NCBI RefSeq assembly: GCF_006345805.1 | Contig: NC_043010.1 | Coordinates: forward strand, 48,608,001 to 48,672,000 | Length of the DNA: 64,000 bases | Direction of reading: 5' to 3' | Source of the DNA: Octopus sinensis | Taxonomy: Eukaryota | Part shown: positions 39,451 to 52,783 of the stretch, piece after piece | Position numbering within the stretch: the stretch's first letter is position 1 | Layout: each line of letters begins with the position of its first letter | Notes under the pieces: model-generated | Seen by the model: only the letters and a program-made list of their open reading frames with translations | Database searches by the model: none | What the model was told of the DNA's origin: nothing | Program-made: the position numbers and the translations under genes

Positions 39451-39586
39451 TATACATAAGCACCAACACATTCATATACGTAGTCGTGTTTACGTATATT
39501 CGCTATAAACTTTTTTAACTTTTCATGTGCATTTTAAATTTCATATTCATATATATAAAATAAAACAACATAACATTTTAATTTTC

Positions 39587-39658
<72 letters not shown>

Positions 39659-40189
39659 CATTATTATTATTATTATTATTATTATTAATTTTCTTTAGCT
39701 CTTTTAATGCCACGAACGTCCTTGGGGAATTTTCGATTGCTGCAGTTCTGCAACTTAGCAAAGAGATAAATTCTATGACTTTATTTCTGTATGTGTTTCC
39801 ATAATTTATTAAATCGTTCATTTTAGTTTATTTTTTTCACTTCTTTTTTTTTTATCTAATATATTTAATTATATATTTTTAATGCCAAATCCAATATTAT
39901 TTCTGTTTTCTCGGTAACATTTAGGATTAGTCTGTTTCGTATTAATTCGAATGCTTGTTACAAGTGTTCGGGTTTTTTTGGAGAATGGTAAGGAATATTT
40001 GTGTGTGCGTGTATGATGAGTTCGTGTGTTTGTGTATGCGCGCGTGCGTTTGTGTATAAATATTGGAATGCTGATCTGCCTTCAAAAAAGCATAGTTGAC
40101 GAGATGTTTTCAAATATATAAACATATCAAACTATATCATTTCATTTATACCATTTTTTCCTTCCTACACATTCCTACGTACGTATCTA

Positions 40190-40450
40190 TGTATGCTTGT
40201 CTGCATGTATGTATGTATGTATGTATGTATGTATGTATGTATGTATGTATGTATGTATGTATGTATGTATGTATGTATGTATGCATGTACGTATGTATGT
40301 ATGTATGTATGTATGTTGTATGTATGTATATATGTATGTAGGCATGTATATATGCATGCATGTGTGTATATATGTACGTATGCGTACATGTATATGAATG
40401 TATGTGTGTGTGTATATATATATATATAGATGTATGAATGTAAGCATGTA
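40190..40450. repeat. (ATGT)n tract; a second tract at 40993-41190
   Basis: Direct reading; explains the MYVC-repeat ORFs. Confidence 0.95.
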
Positions 40451-40492
40451 TCTGTGCATATGTACATGTATTATGTGTAGAGTAATCGTTAG

Positions 40493-40800
40493 AATGTGGA
40501 AGCACATGGCCTAGTGGTTAGAGCAGCGGACTCGCGGTCGAGGGATCGCGGATTCGAATCTCAGACCGAGCGATGTGTGTGTTTATGAGCGAAACACCTA
40601 AGCTCCACGCGGCTCCAGCAGAAGATAATAGCGAACTTCTACTGACTCTTTCGCTACAACTTTCTCTCACTGTTTCCTTCTGCATCTTGTAGCTCACCTG
40701 CGACGGACTGGCGTACCGTCCAGATGGGGAACCTGTGCGTCAAGGAAACCAGGAAACCGGCCTTTATGAGCCAGGCGTGGCTTGAGAAGGAACAAACAAC
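40493..40800 (+). mobile_element. SINE C inserted into the head of a SINE A, 9-bp TSD
   Basis: AATCGTTAG at 40484-40492 and 40801-40809; SINE A continues to ~40992. Confidence 0.85.
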
Positions 40801-41331
40801 AATCGTTAGCCCGCCGGACAAAACGCTTAGCGGATTTCGTCTGAGTTCTGCGATAAAATGCAGCCGAGATCAACTTCCCTTTTCATCCTTTTGTGGTCGA
40901 TGAAATAAGTACCAGTTGAGTACTGGGGTCGAAATAATCGACTAGCCTCTTTCCCTAAGGTTTCAAGCCTTGTTCCTATAATAGAAAAGATTATGTATGT
41001 ATGTATGTATGTATGTATGTATGTATGTATGTATGTATGTATGTATGTATGTATGTATGTATGTTTGTATGTATGTATGTATGTATGTATGTATGTATGT
41101 ATGTATGTATGTATGCGCATGTATGTGTTTATGCATGTATGTATGTATGTATGTATGTATGTATGTATGTATGTTTGTATGTATGTATGTGTATACATGT
41201 ATAGCCACATAACATACTTGCATGACATATATGTAACTACATCTTTGTACCTGCATGTGTGAGTGTGTATCTCTCTTTCTATCTTTCTTTCTTTCTCTCT
41301 CTCTCTCTCTCTTTTAAAACATATACATGCG

Positions 41332-41364
<33 letters not shown>

Positions 41365-42454
41365 ATGTGTGTGTATGTACACATATATACATCCACACAC
41401 ATTTATATATGCATACATATGCAAATAGGCACATGAAAATAGAGGTAACAAGGAAGAGAGAGAGAGATGGAGATAGGGAGAGAGAGAAAGAAAGAAACAA
41501 AAGAGAAAGAGAAAGAAAGAAAGAGAGAGAGAGGGAAGGAAAGAAAGAGAGAGAGACATAGAGTTTGAAAGAGATCTAACCCTCAAGTGTCATTCAACAT
41601 TTTTAGCTAACAAAATTATACACAGAACAAGTAAAAGTGCATGCATATGTCGAAGTGGTGGGAGATAGTTGGGAAGCAGTAAGGACAGAGAAAAATATTG
41701 AATAAGTGTGTGGGGACGGGGTGGAATAACTGTATGGAAGAGAAAAAGAGTAAGAGGAAAAGGGGACAAAATAAGGAGGAAGGGACAGAGGAAGGGGAGA
41801 AAATTTAATAATAGGAAGAGTGTAGGTGATAGATTGGTGTAACGCTAGAAGAGGAGGAGGAAGAAGAAGTAGAGAATGCAAAGAAGTAGGAGGAAAACCA
41901 TGGGAGAAGAGGAGTTGGAGGTAGAGAATGAATAATGAAACGATAGGAGAAGTGTTGGGAGGAGGAACGAAAAATTTGAAGAGAAATGAATGGAGAAGAG
42001 AAGAGAAAGACTTAAGAAGGAGATGGAAATTTGAAGAACAGGAGTCGAGGGATTAAGGAATAATATAAAACACATGGAAAGGCAGAAGAGGCAGTAAGTG
42101 GAAAGAACAATCAAAATGACCTACAAAGTTTAAGAGGAACTAAAGAAAGCTGGTGCAAGAATTAAGGATTTGGTTATGGAGAATAAAAGAATAAGACGAA
42201 GAGAAGTGAATTAAGAAAAAGAAAAAAATTAGGATTTGTTGTATGTGTACGGAATGGATATGCATGGACTGCAAGGGGTGATATTTGAAGTGAAGAAGAG
42301 AAGATGAGAACGAGGCAAAGGTTGTGTAAATGGGTGTAAATTTAGGAGTTAGAGAAGCACGTAAAGTTCAAGCAATGATATGTATATATGGGGAACTAGA
42401 AAATGTGATGTCAGGTTTATTGTCATGATAAGAGGATATTCGTGGGCGCGTGTT

Positions 42455-42853
42455 TCTGGCCCAATAGCTGTCCGACATATCTCCGGACATTGACATTTAC
42501 ATGAAACTAAAGCGCTTCATGTCCAGAATGCAAGCCATAAGCGACAAATCTGTCCCAGAGCACAAGTCTAACATACAGAAAATCAAGATCCCTAGGCAGA
42601 GGAAAATTCTTATGAGATGACTGACGAAGATTGCAAAATGCTTGAACACCTCAGAAGTAGAGAAAAGTCCCGCCTGAAAAGAAAGGTGTTGGTGATTGAG
42701 AAAAGTCTGCATCAGTCCCATGAAAGGGAGGCAGATAAGGAAATCTGGGATATAGAAAATATCAAGTCAAACCCTAAAGGTTTCTTTAACTTTGCCAAAG
42801 AAACAGCCTCAGTACGCCACAAGATAGGTCCCCTCTTGCAAAAGGATGGCTCA
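42455..42853 (+). mobile_element. CR1/L2-group LINE ORF2 fragment (EN-RT linker)
   Basis: IKSNPKGFFNFAKETASVRHKIGPLLQKDGS resembles the IK.NPK.F..Y.K......IGPL linker; truncated by (CA)n. Confidence 0.75.
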
Positions 42854-42985
42854 CACACACACACACACACACACACAAACATATGCACTCACACACAAAC
42901 ATGCACTCACACACTTGTGCGTATGTATGTATGTATGTATGTATGTATGTATGTATGTATGTATGTATGTATGTATGTATGTATG

Positions 42986-43058
<73 letters not shown>

Positions 43059-43267
43059 AAAAAAAGTCAAGGTAGAAACTGCTAAAATAATTTTATAAAA
43101 AACATTTCAGTACCGGTTTCAGTAATTGAGACTTTTTCAACTGTAAGTATGGAAAACAATTAAATTTTGGAAAAATTAAAAGAAAAGTTTTTTAAAAGAA
43201 TATTTGCATAGTGTTCAAATACAAGGGGCATTTTCCTTGTTTTTGCCTGTTTCTGTCTCTTTGTTTA

Positions 43268-43305
<38 letters not shown>

Positions 43306-43310
<5 letters not shown>

Positions 43311-43647
43311 ATAGGGAGAGGGGGAGAAGAGCAGTTAAGAAAACCCAACTCCATACGTACATACTACGATCTTCAGTTGTATAATCCATACAACTGAAGA
43401 TCGTAGTATGTACTTATTTCAATTAAATTGATCTTTTAAGAATTGATTTATTTAGTTTGTGCATTAAACGTGAAACTAGTTTTGTATTAACCACGCCGAT
43501 CTTAAGATAGACTTCCTTTATCTCGCTCGCCTGACATCATTTTCGCACCAAGGAGGAATGCCCTTGCTTTATTTAAAAGCAACGGCCATTCAGCACTCAT
43601 GGAGTTGGGTTTTTTTAACTTCTCTTCTCCCTTGCTCTATATCTTTA
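43306..43647. mobile_element. MITE-like fold-back element, ~49-bp imperfect TIRs and an internal perfect 26-bp hairpin
   Basis: taaagatagg...gttaagaaaacccaactccat versus atggagttgggtttttttaact...atcttta; hairpin at 43357-43413. Confidence 0.7.
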
Positions 43648-43655
43648 TATGTGTT

Positions 43656-44045
43656 GGCGTAGGAGTGGCTGTGAGGTAAGTAGCTTGCTTGCGAACCACA
43701 CGGTTCCGGGTTCAGTTCCACTGCGTGGCACCTTGGACAAGTGTCTTCTACTATAGCCACGGGTCGACCAAAGCCTTGTGAGTGGATTTGGTAGACGGAA
43801 ACTGAACGAAGCCCGTCGTATATATGTATGTGGATGTATATGTTTGTGTGTCTGTGTTTGTACCTTCCCCCCAACATCGCTTGAAAACCGATGGTGGTGT
43901 GTTTACGTCCTCGTAACTTAGCGGTTTGGCAATAAGTACTAGGCTTACAAAGAATAAGTCCTGGGGTCGATTTGCTCGACTAAAGGTGGCGCTCCAGCAT
44001 GGCCACAGTAAAATAAGACTGAAACAAGTAAAAGAGTAAAAGAAT
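43656..44045 (+). mobile_element. SINE family B, full length
   Basis: Colinear with 18839-19245. Confidence 0.9.
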
Positions 44046-44081
44046 ACTTACATACATACATACATACATACACACACACAC

Positions 44082-44128
<47 letters not shown>

Positions 44129-44184
44129 TATATATATATATATATATATAAACAATTTGCCGCCCTCGGCCCATCGACCGATTA

Positions 44185-44658
44185 GGAGCGTATTCGAATA
44201 TGAACGAGGAAGTATGACTTCTCTAGGAAAATTGCAAGAGGACTTTCTTTGTATACTTTCGTCTTACCCGGTGCTAAGCCCTTTAACTAGCATGTTAAGC
44301 TATAATGGACTCTGCTACAAATGCTACGAGAAGACAATAATTAATTTGAGAGTGTTCAACTGCTAGGACAATCTCAACTTGTATGCTGCGAATGATAGAC
44401 AGCTAGAAACACTAGAGCAAACAATACACGCATTTACTACTGGAATTGGTATGAGATTTAGATGAGAAAATGTATAAAGATAAATTTGACGGAAGGAAAA
44501 ATTAATTAAAACTACTGATTTTATGTAAGATAAAGAAAGGAAGATTAGAAAATTAAACGAAACACCGACTTATAAATACTTAGGAATCAATGAATTAGAC
44601 AGAGTAGGACTGAATTTTATAGACACGTTAGATTAATATTTAACATTAGAGCTAAATG
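44185..44658 (+). pseudogene. Decayed R4/Dong RT fragment, related to the 56-60 kb family
   Basis: LSPLTSMLSYNGLCYKCYEKTI...DNLNLYAANDRQLETL...TYKYLGINELD parallels LSPLSDMLNRTGCGYKCYGKTI...DDLKLYAANDKQLETL. Confidence 0.8.
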
Positions 44659-44718
44659 AATGATAATAATAATAATAAGAATAAGAATAAGAAGAAGAAG
44701 AAGAGGAAGAAGAAGAAA

Positions 44719-44761
<43 letters not shown>

Positions 44762-44764
<3 letters not shown>

Positions 44765-44974
44765 GTTTCAAATTTTGGTAGAAGGCTAACAAGTTCGGGA
44801 GTGGGAGTAAGTCGATTGCATCGAACTCAACTGGTAGTTAAGTTATCGACCCGTTAAGGATGAAGGGCAAAGTCGACCTCGGCAGAATTTGAACTCAGAA
44901 CGTGAAGACGGACGAAATATCGCTAATCATTTTACCCGGCGTGCTGACGATCCTGCCAGCTATCCCACCCCACC

Positions 44975-44975
<1 letters not shown>
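44762..44975 (-). mobile_element. SINE family A within (AAT)n
   Basis: Family A core with (AAT)n on both sides. Confidence 0.85.
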
Positions 44976-45006
<31 letters not shown>

Positions 45007-45061
45007 TAATAATAATAATATAATAATAACAATAACAACAACAACAATAATAGTAATAAAA

Positions 45062-45505
45062 AAGACTCTAATGACAAAATTACAAGACAACACCATTAGA
45101 TCACTGTGGAATAATGGAGTGTGCAAATATCTAGGGTTGCTGCAAGACGATAACGTAATGGAAGGCGAAATGAGAGAGAAAATCGTTTAATAGTACAAAA
45201 GGAGAATGAGTAAAGTACTTGAAGTAAGATTAAATGGGCAAAAAATACATAGGCTATGCCAGCATAGAGATACTCTACTCTCTTTCTAAAATGGACAAAG
45301 GTCGAGCAATAGAACTTTGACAGAGGAACCAGAAAGCTTCACACAATGTACTACACACTTGGCCCTATAATTAATACCGACAAACTCCAACTACCAAGAA
45401 GGTAAGGAGGCAGAAAATTACTAAACTCAGAAGACACCATTAGTACCGTGGTATTGGGGTTGAAAAGTCGTTTTGCGGAGTGAAGGAAGAATATCATTGG
45501 CAGGT
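45062..45505 (+). pseudogene. Decayed R4/Dong fragment (RT C-terminal region)
   Basis: CKYLGLLQDDNVMEGEMREKI..YKRRMSKVLEVRLNG...DKLQLPRR*GGRKL. Confidence 0.7.
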
Positions 45506-45607
45506 AGAGATGAAACTAGTTAAAAAGTTAAAGAGTTATCGTAGACTTCAACAGAATTTGAGCTCAGAACGTAAATAATAATAATATAATAATAATAATA
45601 ATAATAA

Positions 45608-45645
<38 letters not shown>

Positions 45646-45654
45646 CAACAACAA

Positions 45655-46139
45655 CATTGCTTTGTCTTGGTATAAAAGATGGGCTACAGCAAATATTCTG
45701 CTCAATACCACAGATTTGCTTGTCAGTTATTTGACCATAAGCAGTTGAGCATGTCCCTTTATTGGCTGACGATATGTGCATCTTTGATCATGAGCAGAAG
45801 TAGTGCGGGAGTGTCATAGCCATGTGTTGAGAGGGATTCTTTGGGGTTTGAATAATTCACCTCTGGAAATATGAGTGTTTCGCTCAACATTCTTAAACAA
45901 CCCTTATTCAGGAACCTTTTAAGCGAGATGGGTTACTCGACCAGAAGAAAATTCTAACTGGGCCTCACCTGCAAGGTCACGTGCTGTTTATCTTGATATG
46001 AGATCACCATGTCATGTACATATGGATGTGATGCATGTGCCTGGTGTACCCTTATCAGACGGTTAGTCACGATGGGTATACTGGGCTTCGCATATTTTAC
46101 CCCAGTGTCACTTTGATGGCATGCACTGCTCTCTCATTC

Positions 46140-46140
<1 letters not shown>
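45655..46140 (+). mobile_element. ~485-bp non-coding repeat, family D, within (AAT)n
   Basis: Homologous to 15471-15908; (AAT)n(AAC)n before and (AAT)n after. Confidence 0.85.
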
Positions 46141-46188
<48 letters not shown>

Positions 46189-46254
46189 TAATAATAATAC
46201 GAAGAAGAAGAAGAAGAAGAAGAAGAAGAAGAAGAGAAGAAGAAGAAGAAGAAA

Positions 46255-46309
<55 letters not shown>

Positions 46310-46779
46310 CGATGACGATGATGATGATGAAGAGGAGCAACAACTGCTAGTTGGAAACAAGAGGAAACACAATAACAATAGCCGTAGAAGCAGCAGCATT
46401 TGCCAGAATGTTGTTGAACTCTGATAAAATGATGTAGGTATAATATTGTTAAACATATTGATTGATTATAGAATTCATACTGACAGTTCAAACGCCTTTC
46501 CAAGAGCAACTTAGCCATGTTTGATAAAAAAAAATTCTCCCGAGTTACCGATATATGTGTGTGTGTTGTGTGTTTGTATGTGTATGGGTGTGTGTGGGGG
46601 CGTGTATACATGTATGTTTATGTATGTTGATATGTATGTGTGTGCATGTATATGTATGTGTATGCGTGTATGTATACATGTGTACGGAAACATATACAAG
46701 GTTAGTCAGTCAGACAAACAGACAGACAGTCTTGCAGATAGGAAGATGGAGAGAGGGATAGAGAGGGAGAAAGAGACAG

Positions 46780-46821
46780 CCAGACAGACAGCTTGATAGA
46801 TAGACGGACAGACAAATAGAC

Positions 46822-46884
<63 letters not shown>

Positions 46885-46916
46885 CAGCTTGATAGATAGA
46901 CAGACAGGCAGACAGT

Positions 46917-46958
<42 letters not shown>

Positions 46959-46969
46959 ACCAGACAGAC

Positions 46970-47024
<55 letters not shown>

Positions 47025-47098
47025 CAGATAAATAAATAGATAGATAGATAGACAGATGACAGAAGACAGATAGACAGACAGACTGATAGATAGGTAGG

Positions 47099-47151
<53 letters not shown>

Positions 47152-47185
47152 GACAGTAGACAGATAGACAGACTGATAGATAGAC

Positions 47186-47271
<86 letters not shown>

Positions 47272-47275
47272 GGAG
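46780..47275. repeat. (GATA)n/(GACA)n tract
   Basis: Direct reading. Confidence 0.95.
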
Positions 47276-47740
47276 AGATAGGAGGAAGATAAAATGAGTG
47301 AACAATAGTGAATGTGCTGGGAATAATGGAATTAAAGAAGTTTGGTTAAACACACACACACACAAAAGCACACACACACAAAAACACACACACACACACA
47401 TACCACACACGCACACACACATACAATCTGATACAATCTCACATGCTACTGTCCGACTAATGGAATCTCTCATTACCCTTAATCTATTCAGAGTCTGCTA
47501 AACTGGCGTTACATGGAACTTAACACAAATTTTTCTCAAATGCGGTAGCACAGAAATGAATGAAAATGATTGGGAAAGAGGAATACGAGAAAATACACTA
47601 GAAGTGGGATGTGAGGGTGAGGTGAGCGGAAAGTGAATGGGAGGGGGATTGTAAGGAAATGTGAAACATGAAGGAGAAGACAGAAGATATGGAAACGTGA
47701 GAAATGGGAAGTGAATTTGGCTATGATAATGTAGATGATA

Positions 47741-48037
47741 TCTTTATATATAAAAGTCAAGTTGTGTGTCTATCTCCTACGATTTAGATTCCTATCTACT
47801 CCCACATTTTGCGGTGCAGTTTAACCAAAACCGGGTATCTTATAGTCGTGATTCATATCGAGACCTTCTGGGTATTAACGCGCGTCTACGATGAGTCTAC
47901 GATTTAAAAAAAAATTTACCATAATTTTTTTCCCATTTTTAATGCATCTTTTTGCTATATTTTGGCTATAACTCTCTAAAAATGTTTATATAGTTATTTC
48001 CCTTACAAACCCGAGCAACGCCGGGCGATACTGTTAG
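47741..48037 (+). mobile_element. Non-autonomous Helitron, internally deleted relative to 19879-20378
   Basis: A|TCTTTATATATAAAA start, CCCGAGCAACGCCGGG hairpin, TTAG|T end. Confidence 0.85.
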
Positions 48038-48360
48038 TATATATATATATATATATATGTATATTTATATATGTGTCTACGTGTATGTGCGTTTGTGTGT
48101 GCGTATTTAGCAACAACACGACAGACAGAGATGTTCTTGAAGTCAAGAATGTGAACTTACGGAGACAATATTTACATATCGCCCGAGGAAACACAACTCG
48201 ATCTCATGATGAAGTTGCATAATCGAGTACCTACTTGTCTGCAGACCAAGTTGCGTGGAAACAATTGTAGTGATTAAAAAATAAATGTCCAACCATACTC
48301 CTTCTTGTTGACTCCCAAAGGTTTTTCAATTATATATATATATATATATATACATATATA

Positions 48361-48560
48361 TATAAAACTGAGAATATGTGTCTGTCTGTCTGTCTGTCTG
48401 TGTGTTTCCCTAAAACTTGAGAACTACACAACCAATTTCATTCAAATTTTACACATGCCTTACTTAGGGTCCATGTAGATTCATGGGCAAAAAAAATGTT
48501 CAACTTCTTGCCTAGAGCGAGCACATAGCAATATCATATCTTCTCCACTATTTCAGTATT
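48361..48560 (+). mobile_element. Helitron-like 5' segment carrying one 148-bp unit
   Basis: tatataaaactgagaat(gtct)n leader, then ccctaaaacttgagaac...ctccacta; also present at 49655-49952. Confidence 0.55.
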
Positions 48561-49379
48561 ACGTGTTAAAAGTAAAACAAAAACATTTCTCTATTTTATG
48601 TCAGATACTTTCACTTTAACAATAAAAATAATAATAACAATTGAATTATATGTAGTAAGTAATAATTAAAATCAAACTAAAGTATAATATAATCGTAAGA
48701 TAACAAAAGTAAAAATAGCAATTGGTATAAAATTGCATCAATGACTTGAACTTGAATAAGTGGTTTCACATGAATGGGAATAAATTAAAAATAAAATTAG
48801 CGTGCAGAATGGAATGTCCAGATGGATCATAAAAAATTAAATTAAAGAAAAGACTATTGTCTATAAAGTATACGATGTAGAGAATAAAGATTTGAACACC
48901 TGGAGGAAAGCACCATCGAAAAGTATCTTAGTGCGACTATGAAAGATATCTAACCAGAGGCGGTAAATTCGCCACAATAGAAGCAAGGTTCGAGTCAACG
49001 GAGCGTGCAAGGGAGTACTAGACTCGAACTTGCAAAGTGGAAATATTTTATTTTTACCTTTATATCTGGGACGTAGGACGTGCCGGATAAAAATTTTAAA
49101 TGCCCTCCTCTCCCCGAAGTAGAGGTAGGCTGGATTGTAGCCACACTTCTATACATGAGGGAAGACAAGACACAATTGATCGAAATTGCAAGAGACTTGG
49201 CTGGCCTGGCCTTGGCTTGCTGGCTGGAAACTGTCCTAGGCTGGGTAGCTGGCCCGGTTTTGGATACCTGGCTGGTCCTGAGCTTGGCTTGCTGGCTGAC
49301 GCATGCATTGTTATTATTATTATAGTGCATTTTTGTGCCATTCGAAACACAGTATTATTATTTATTATATTTTTTTATC

Positions 49380-49590
49380 ATTTACTTGTTTTAGTCATTA
49401 TACGGTGGCCATGTTGGAGCATCTTTTTGAAGGGTTTTAGTTTTATAAATTAATTCCAACACTTGTTTTTAAAATCTGGTCCCCATTCTCTTGTCTCTGT
49501 TGCCAAACTGCTAAATTTTGGGGAGATAAACAAACTAATACTGCTCATCTTGCCTGTCAAGCAGTGAGGGGGTAGGACAGGTAGACACAC
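49380..49590 (-). mobile_element. SINE B tail fragment
   Basis: tttacttgttttagtcattatacggtggccatgttggagc. Confidence 0.65.
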
Positions 49591-49654
49591 ATACATACAC
49601 ACACACTCATACACATATGTATATGTGTATGTGTGTGTATATATATATATATAT

Positions 49655-49952
49655 ATATAATATGAAACTGAGAATGTGTGTGTGTGTGTCTGTCTATCTG
49701 TCTGTGTGAATCCCTAAAACTTGAGAACTACACAACCAATTTCATTCAAATTTTACACATGCCTTACTTAGGGTCCATGGAGTTATATGGGCAAAAAAAA
49801 TGTTCAACTTCTTGCCTAGAGCGAGCCCATAGCAATATCATATCTTCTCCACTATGAATCCCTAAAACTTGAGAACTACACAACCAATTTTATTCAAATT
49901 TTACGCATACCTTACTTAGGGTCCATGTAGCTTCATGGGCAAAAAAAATGTT
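49655..49952 (+). repeat. Helitron-like leader plus ~1.7 tandem copies of a 148-bp unit
   Basis: tgaatccctaaaac starts at 49707 and 49855. Confidence 0.85.
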
Positions 49953-49959
49953 ATTATAT

Positions 49960-50016
<57 letters not shown>

Positions 50017-50370
50017 TTTGTGTGTGTGTGTGTGTGTTGTGTGTGGTATACCTCCTGTAAGTATATTTCTGCTCAACTTTTAGAGTGTGTTTCTTTTTCG
50101 GACATATAATCCCCTGAACATATATAACACATACATACATGCACACATACACCACATGCACACACACACACACCCCACACACCACACACACACACCACAC
50201 ACACCACACACACACATATATATATATATATATAATGTATGTATGTATGGTTTATACATACGTAGGAGGGAAGTAAAAAATATACGCACTCTTGTTGTTT
50301 TCAACATATTTGCACAAAAGCAGGGATAAAAGTGCATATGCGTGTGTATGCATATATGTATAAATATATG

Positions 50371-50412
<42 letters not shown>

Positions 50413-52783
50413 TATATAAATATGTGGGTGTATGTGTGAGGATATAAATGTGTGCATATATATATATACATACATATATATACATATATATATATTACAT
50501 GCATATACATACATATATTTATATGTCATATATATATATATATATATTATATATAAATATATATGTATATATATTATATATATATATATATATATATGAG
50601 AGGTATTTTCTTTGTATATGTGAATGTGTGCAAAATGAGTTTTATTGCATAACAAAAGAATCATTTATGAATCGTGGCGATTACAAACAAATACACGATT
50701 TATTTAAAGAAAACAATAATATGATTCTAATTTTAACTCGTGGGCTTAGGTTCCCGAGGATATACACAGAACTGGTTATATTGGAAAACACAATTGGCTG
50801 CTATTCTATAACAGTTGCTATAAATAACCCAAGGGTATACAGATTTGCAAAAAAGGAATAAAGAAAAAAAATAGAACAGAGTTACGTGATCGGAACTTTC
50901 CTTTAACATTGATATTAATATCTCATAATAATTTCTAGTTACAATGCTAATGTTGTTATTGGTATTGTTGTTACTTTAATTATCTAATGTGATTGCATTG
51001 GCAGGATTTCCCTGTTTGATGAGGTCTTGTCGTCTATTATTATTCTTCCGTTCGCGTCTATCTCGGATGCGTAATATAAATGTAATTGACTTCAATAAGA
51101 GACCGTTACTTTATTTGGACGTCCCCGGTTTGATGAGAGACGAAGTTGAACTGAGCAGAGTTTCGAAAGCGAAATTTTAATTCGGCATCATGTTTTGCTA
51201 TGGCAATGGTTTCAATGAGTTCATAATTTTTTTTCAAATTCATGTAGCATTTGACTTGTGTCTTTTTAGAGATTCGTGGCAAAGAAGCTTGAAAGCAGTT
51301 CTGCTGCATAATAAGAATGTAATACCATGTATCCTCATTGCGCAATTTGTCCCCATATAAGGGACATATGATAAAATGGCTGTACTACTTGATATCTTCA
51401 ATATCGTGTTCATCAATGGAATTTTTGAAGTTATTGGCATGCTAATAGTTGTGCAAGCAATATGTTCAAAATACGAAAATACTTTTGCTTTCCAGATGAA
51501 CTTGACTGATCTCTAAGGTAAAAATGTCCCAAGAATGAGTTGTGTCCAGTTTTTATTTATATAACATACTTATGTGTGTGTATCGTTGAAAAGCCAGAAG
51601 CTAGTTTTGCCTCTGGGAAATTACGTAGTATGTTAAAAGACACAATATACTTCAGAGCTATGTAAAACGAAATCCTGCTGGAAGTGACCCGAGAGCGTCA
51701 GGTACGCATATGGCTGTTGTTGCTGCTTGACAATGCCAAGTACTTGTTTCATTTCCAACATAAACACTAGCTAAGAATTTGGCGGGTGGACATAGTTACA
51801 ATTATTCCATACGTCAAGGAGACGTGTGTTTTGTTATCACAAACACATAAGGCTGTCATAACCTGTGTAGTATCTTCAATGAGATTATAATTCTCAAGTT
51901 ATTAAACCTTATCTTTAGAGAGTATATTTACAATAGTTACTTGAGATGTTACTGGTGCCAAGCTGTATCGGCATTTGCCTTTCCCTTGGACAACATCGGT
52001 GGCGTGAAAAGGGGAGGTTGTTATGCATGGGCGACTGCTGGTCTTCCACAAACAACCTTGCCCACGCTTGTGCCTCGGAGGGGAATTTCCTAGTCACAAT
52101 CGCATGGTCATACGTGATCGAAGGGGGTCTTTACTCTTAACCCTATTTACAACTTTTAGGACTCCACTAAGTTTCGATCGGTTGGATCTCTCTGATCGTC
52201 ATAAGATGTCGTATTCCTAGATCTGTACTTAATCAAAATACGAACCTTTATTTATAAAGTAAGACATTAAACTTGGTGTTTTTTAAACTAAAACGTTGAT
52301 ACCTATACGCAGTGAATAAGGCTATTACTACTACAATTACAGCGTAGAAGATTCGTTTTAGCCATCTAGAAGCACGCCGAAGCTGTTAACTTCACTTCAC
52401 AATTTATTGAGTCAGTGACTAGGTCGGAGACAGTTCAACGATAATTTTGACACCAAGTGATAAATACTTAAGTGAATTTAACAGCTTCTGTGTTTTTGAA
52501 TGGCTAAAGTGCGTTTTGAATGACTAAAATGTTTTAGATTCAACATACGGTCTCAGATCAAATTACCCGTAGGACAAGTTCAACTCTGTTATTACTACCC
52601 TTAAGGAAGAGAAAAAAAGATTTTGGAAGCATGTATAAGACATCTGACGACAATCGGAGAACCAACCAAACAAAACGTAATTTTGTTCTAATGATGACAT
52701 TAATAAACTGCTAATTTATCATCTTAATAACAGTTCAGTTTAAGAGAGTATTGTAGTTCGCTTGAAGCATTGTGTATTGTTTG

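Noticed and set aside
39534-39821. ORF MNDLINYGNT...NNNN
   Set aside because: Short, half microsatellite, no splice or homology evidence.
43357-43413. miRNA precursor
   Set aside because: A perfect stem with a 5-nt loop inside a repeat is atypical of canonical pre-miRNAs; no expression evidence.
50940-51560. Decayed ORF-like segment on the minus strand
   Set aside because: No recognisable motif; multiple stops.
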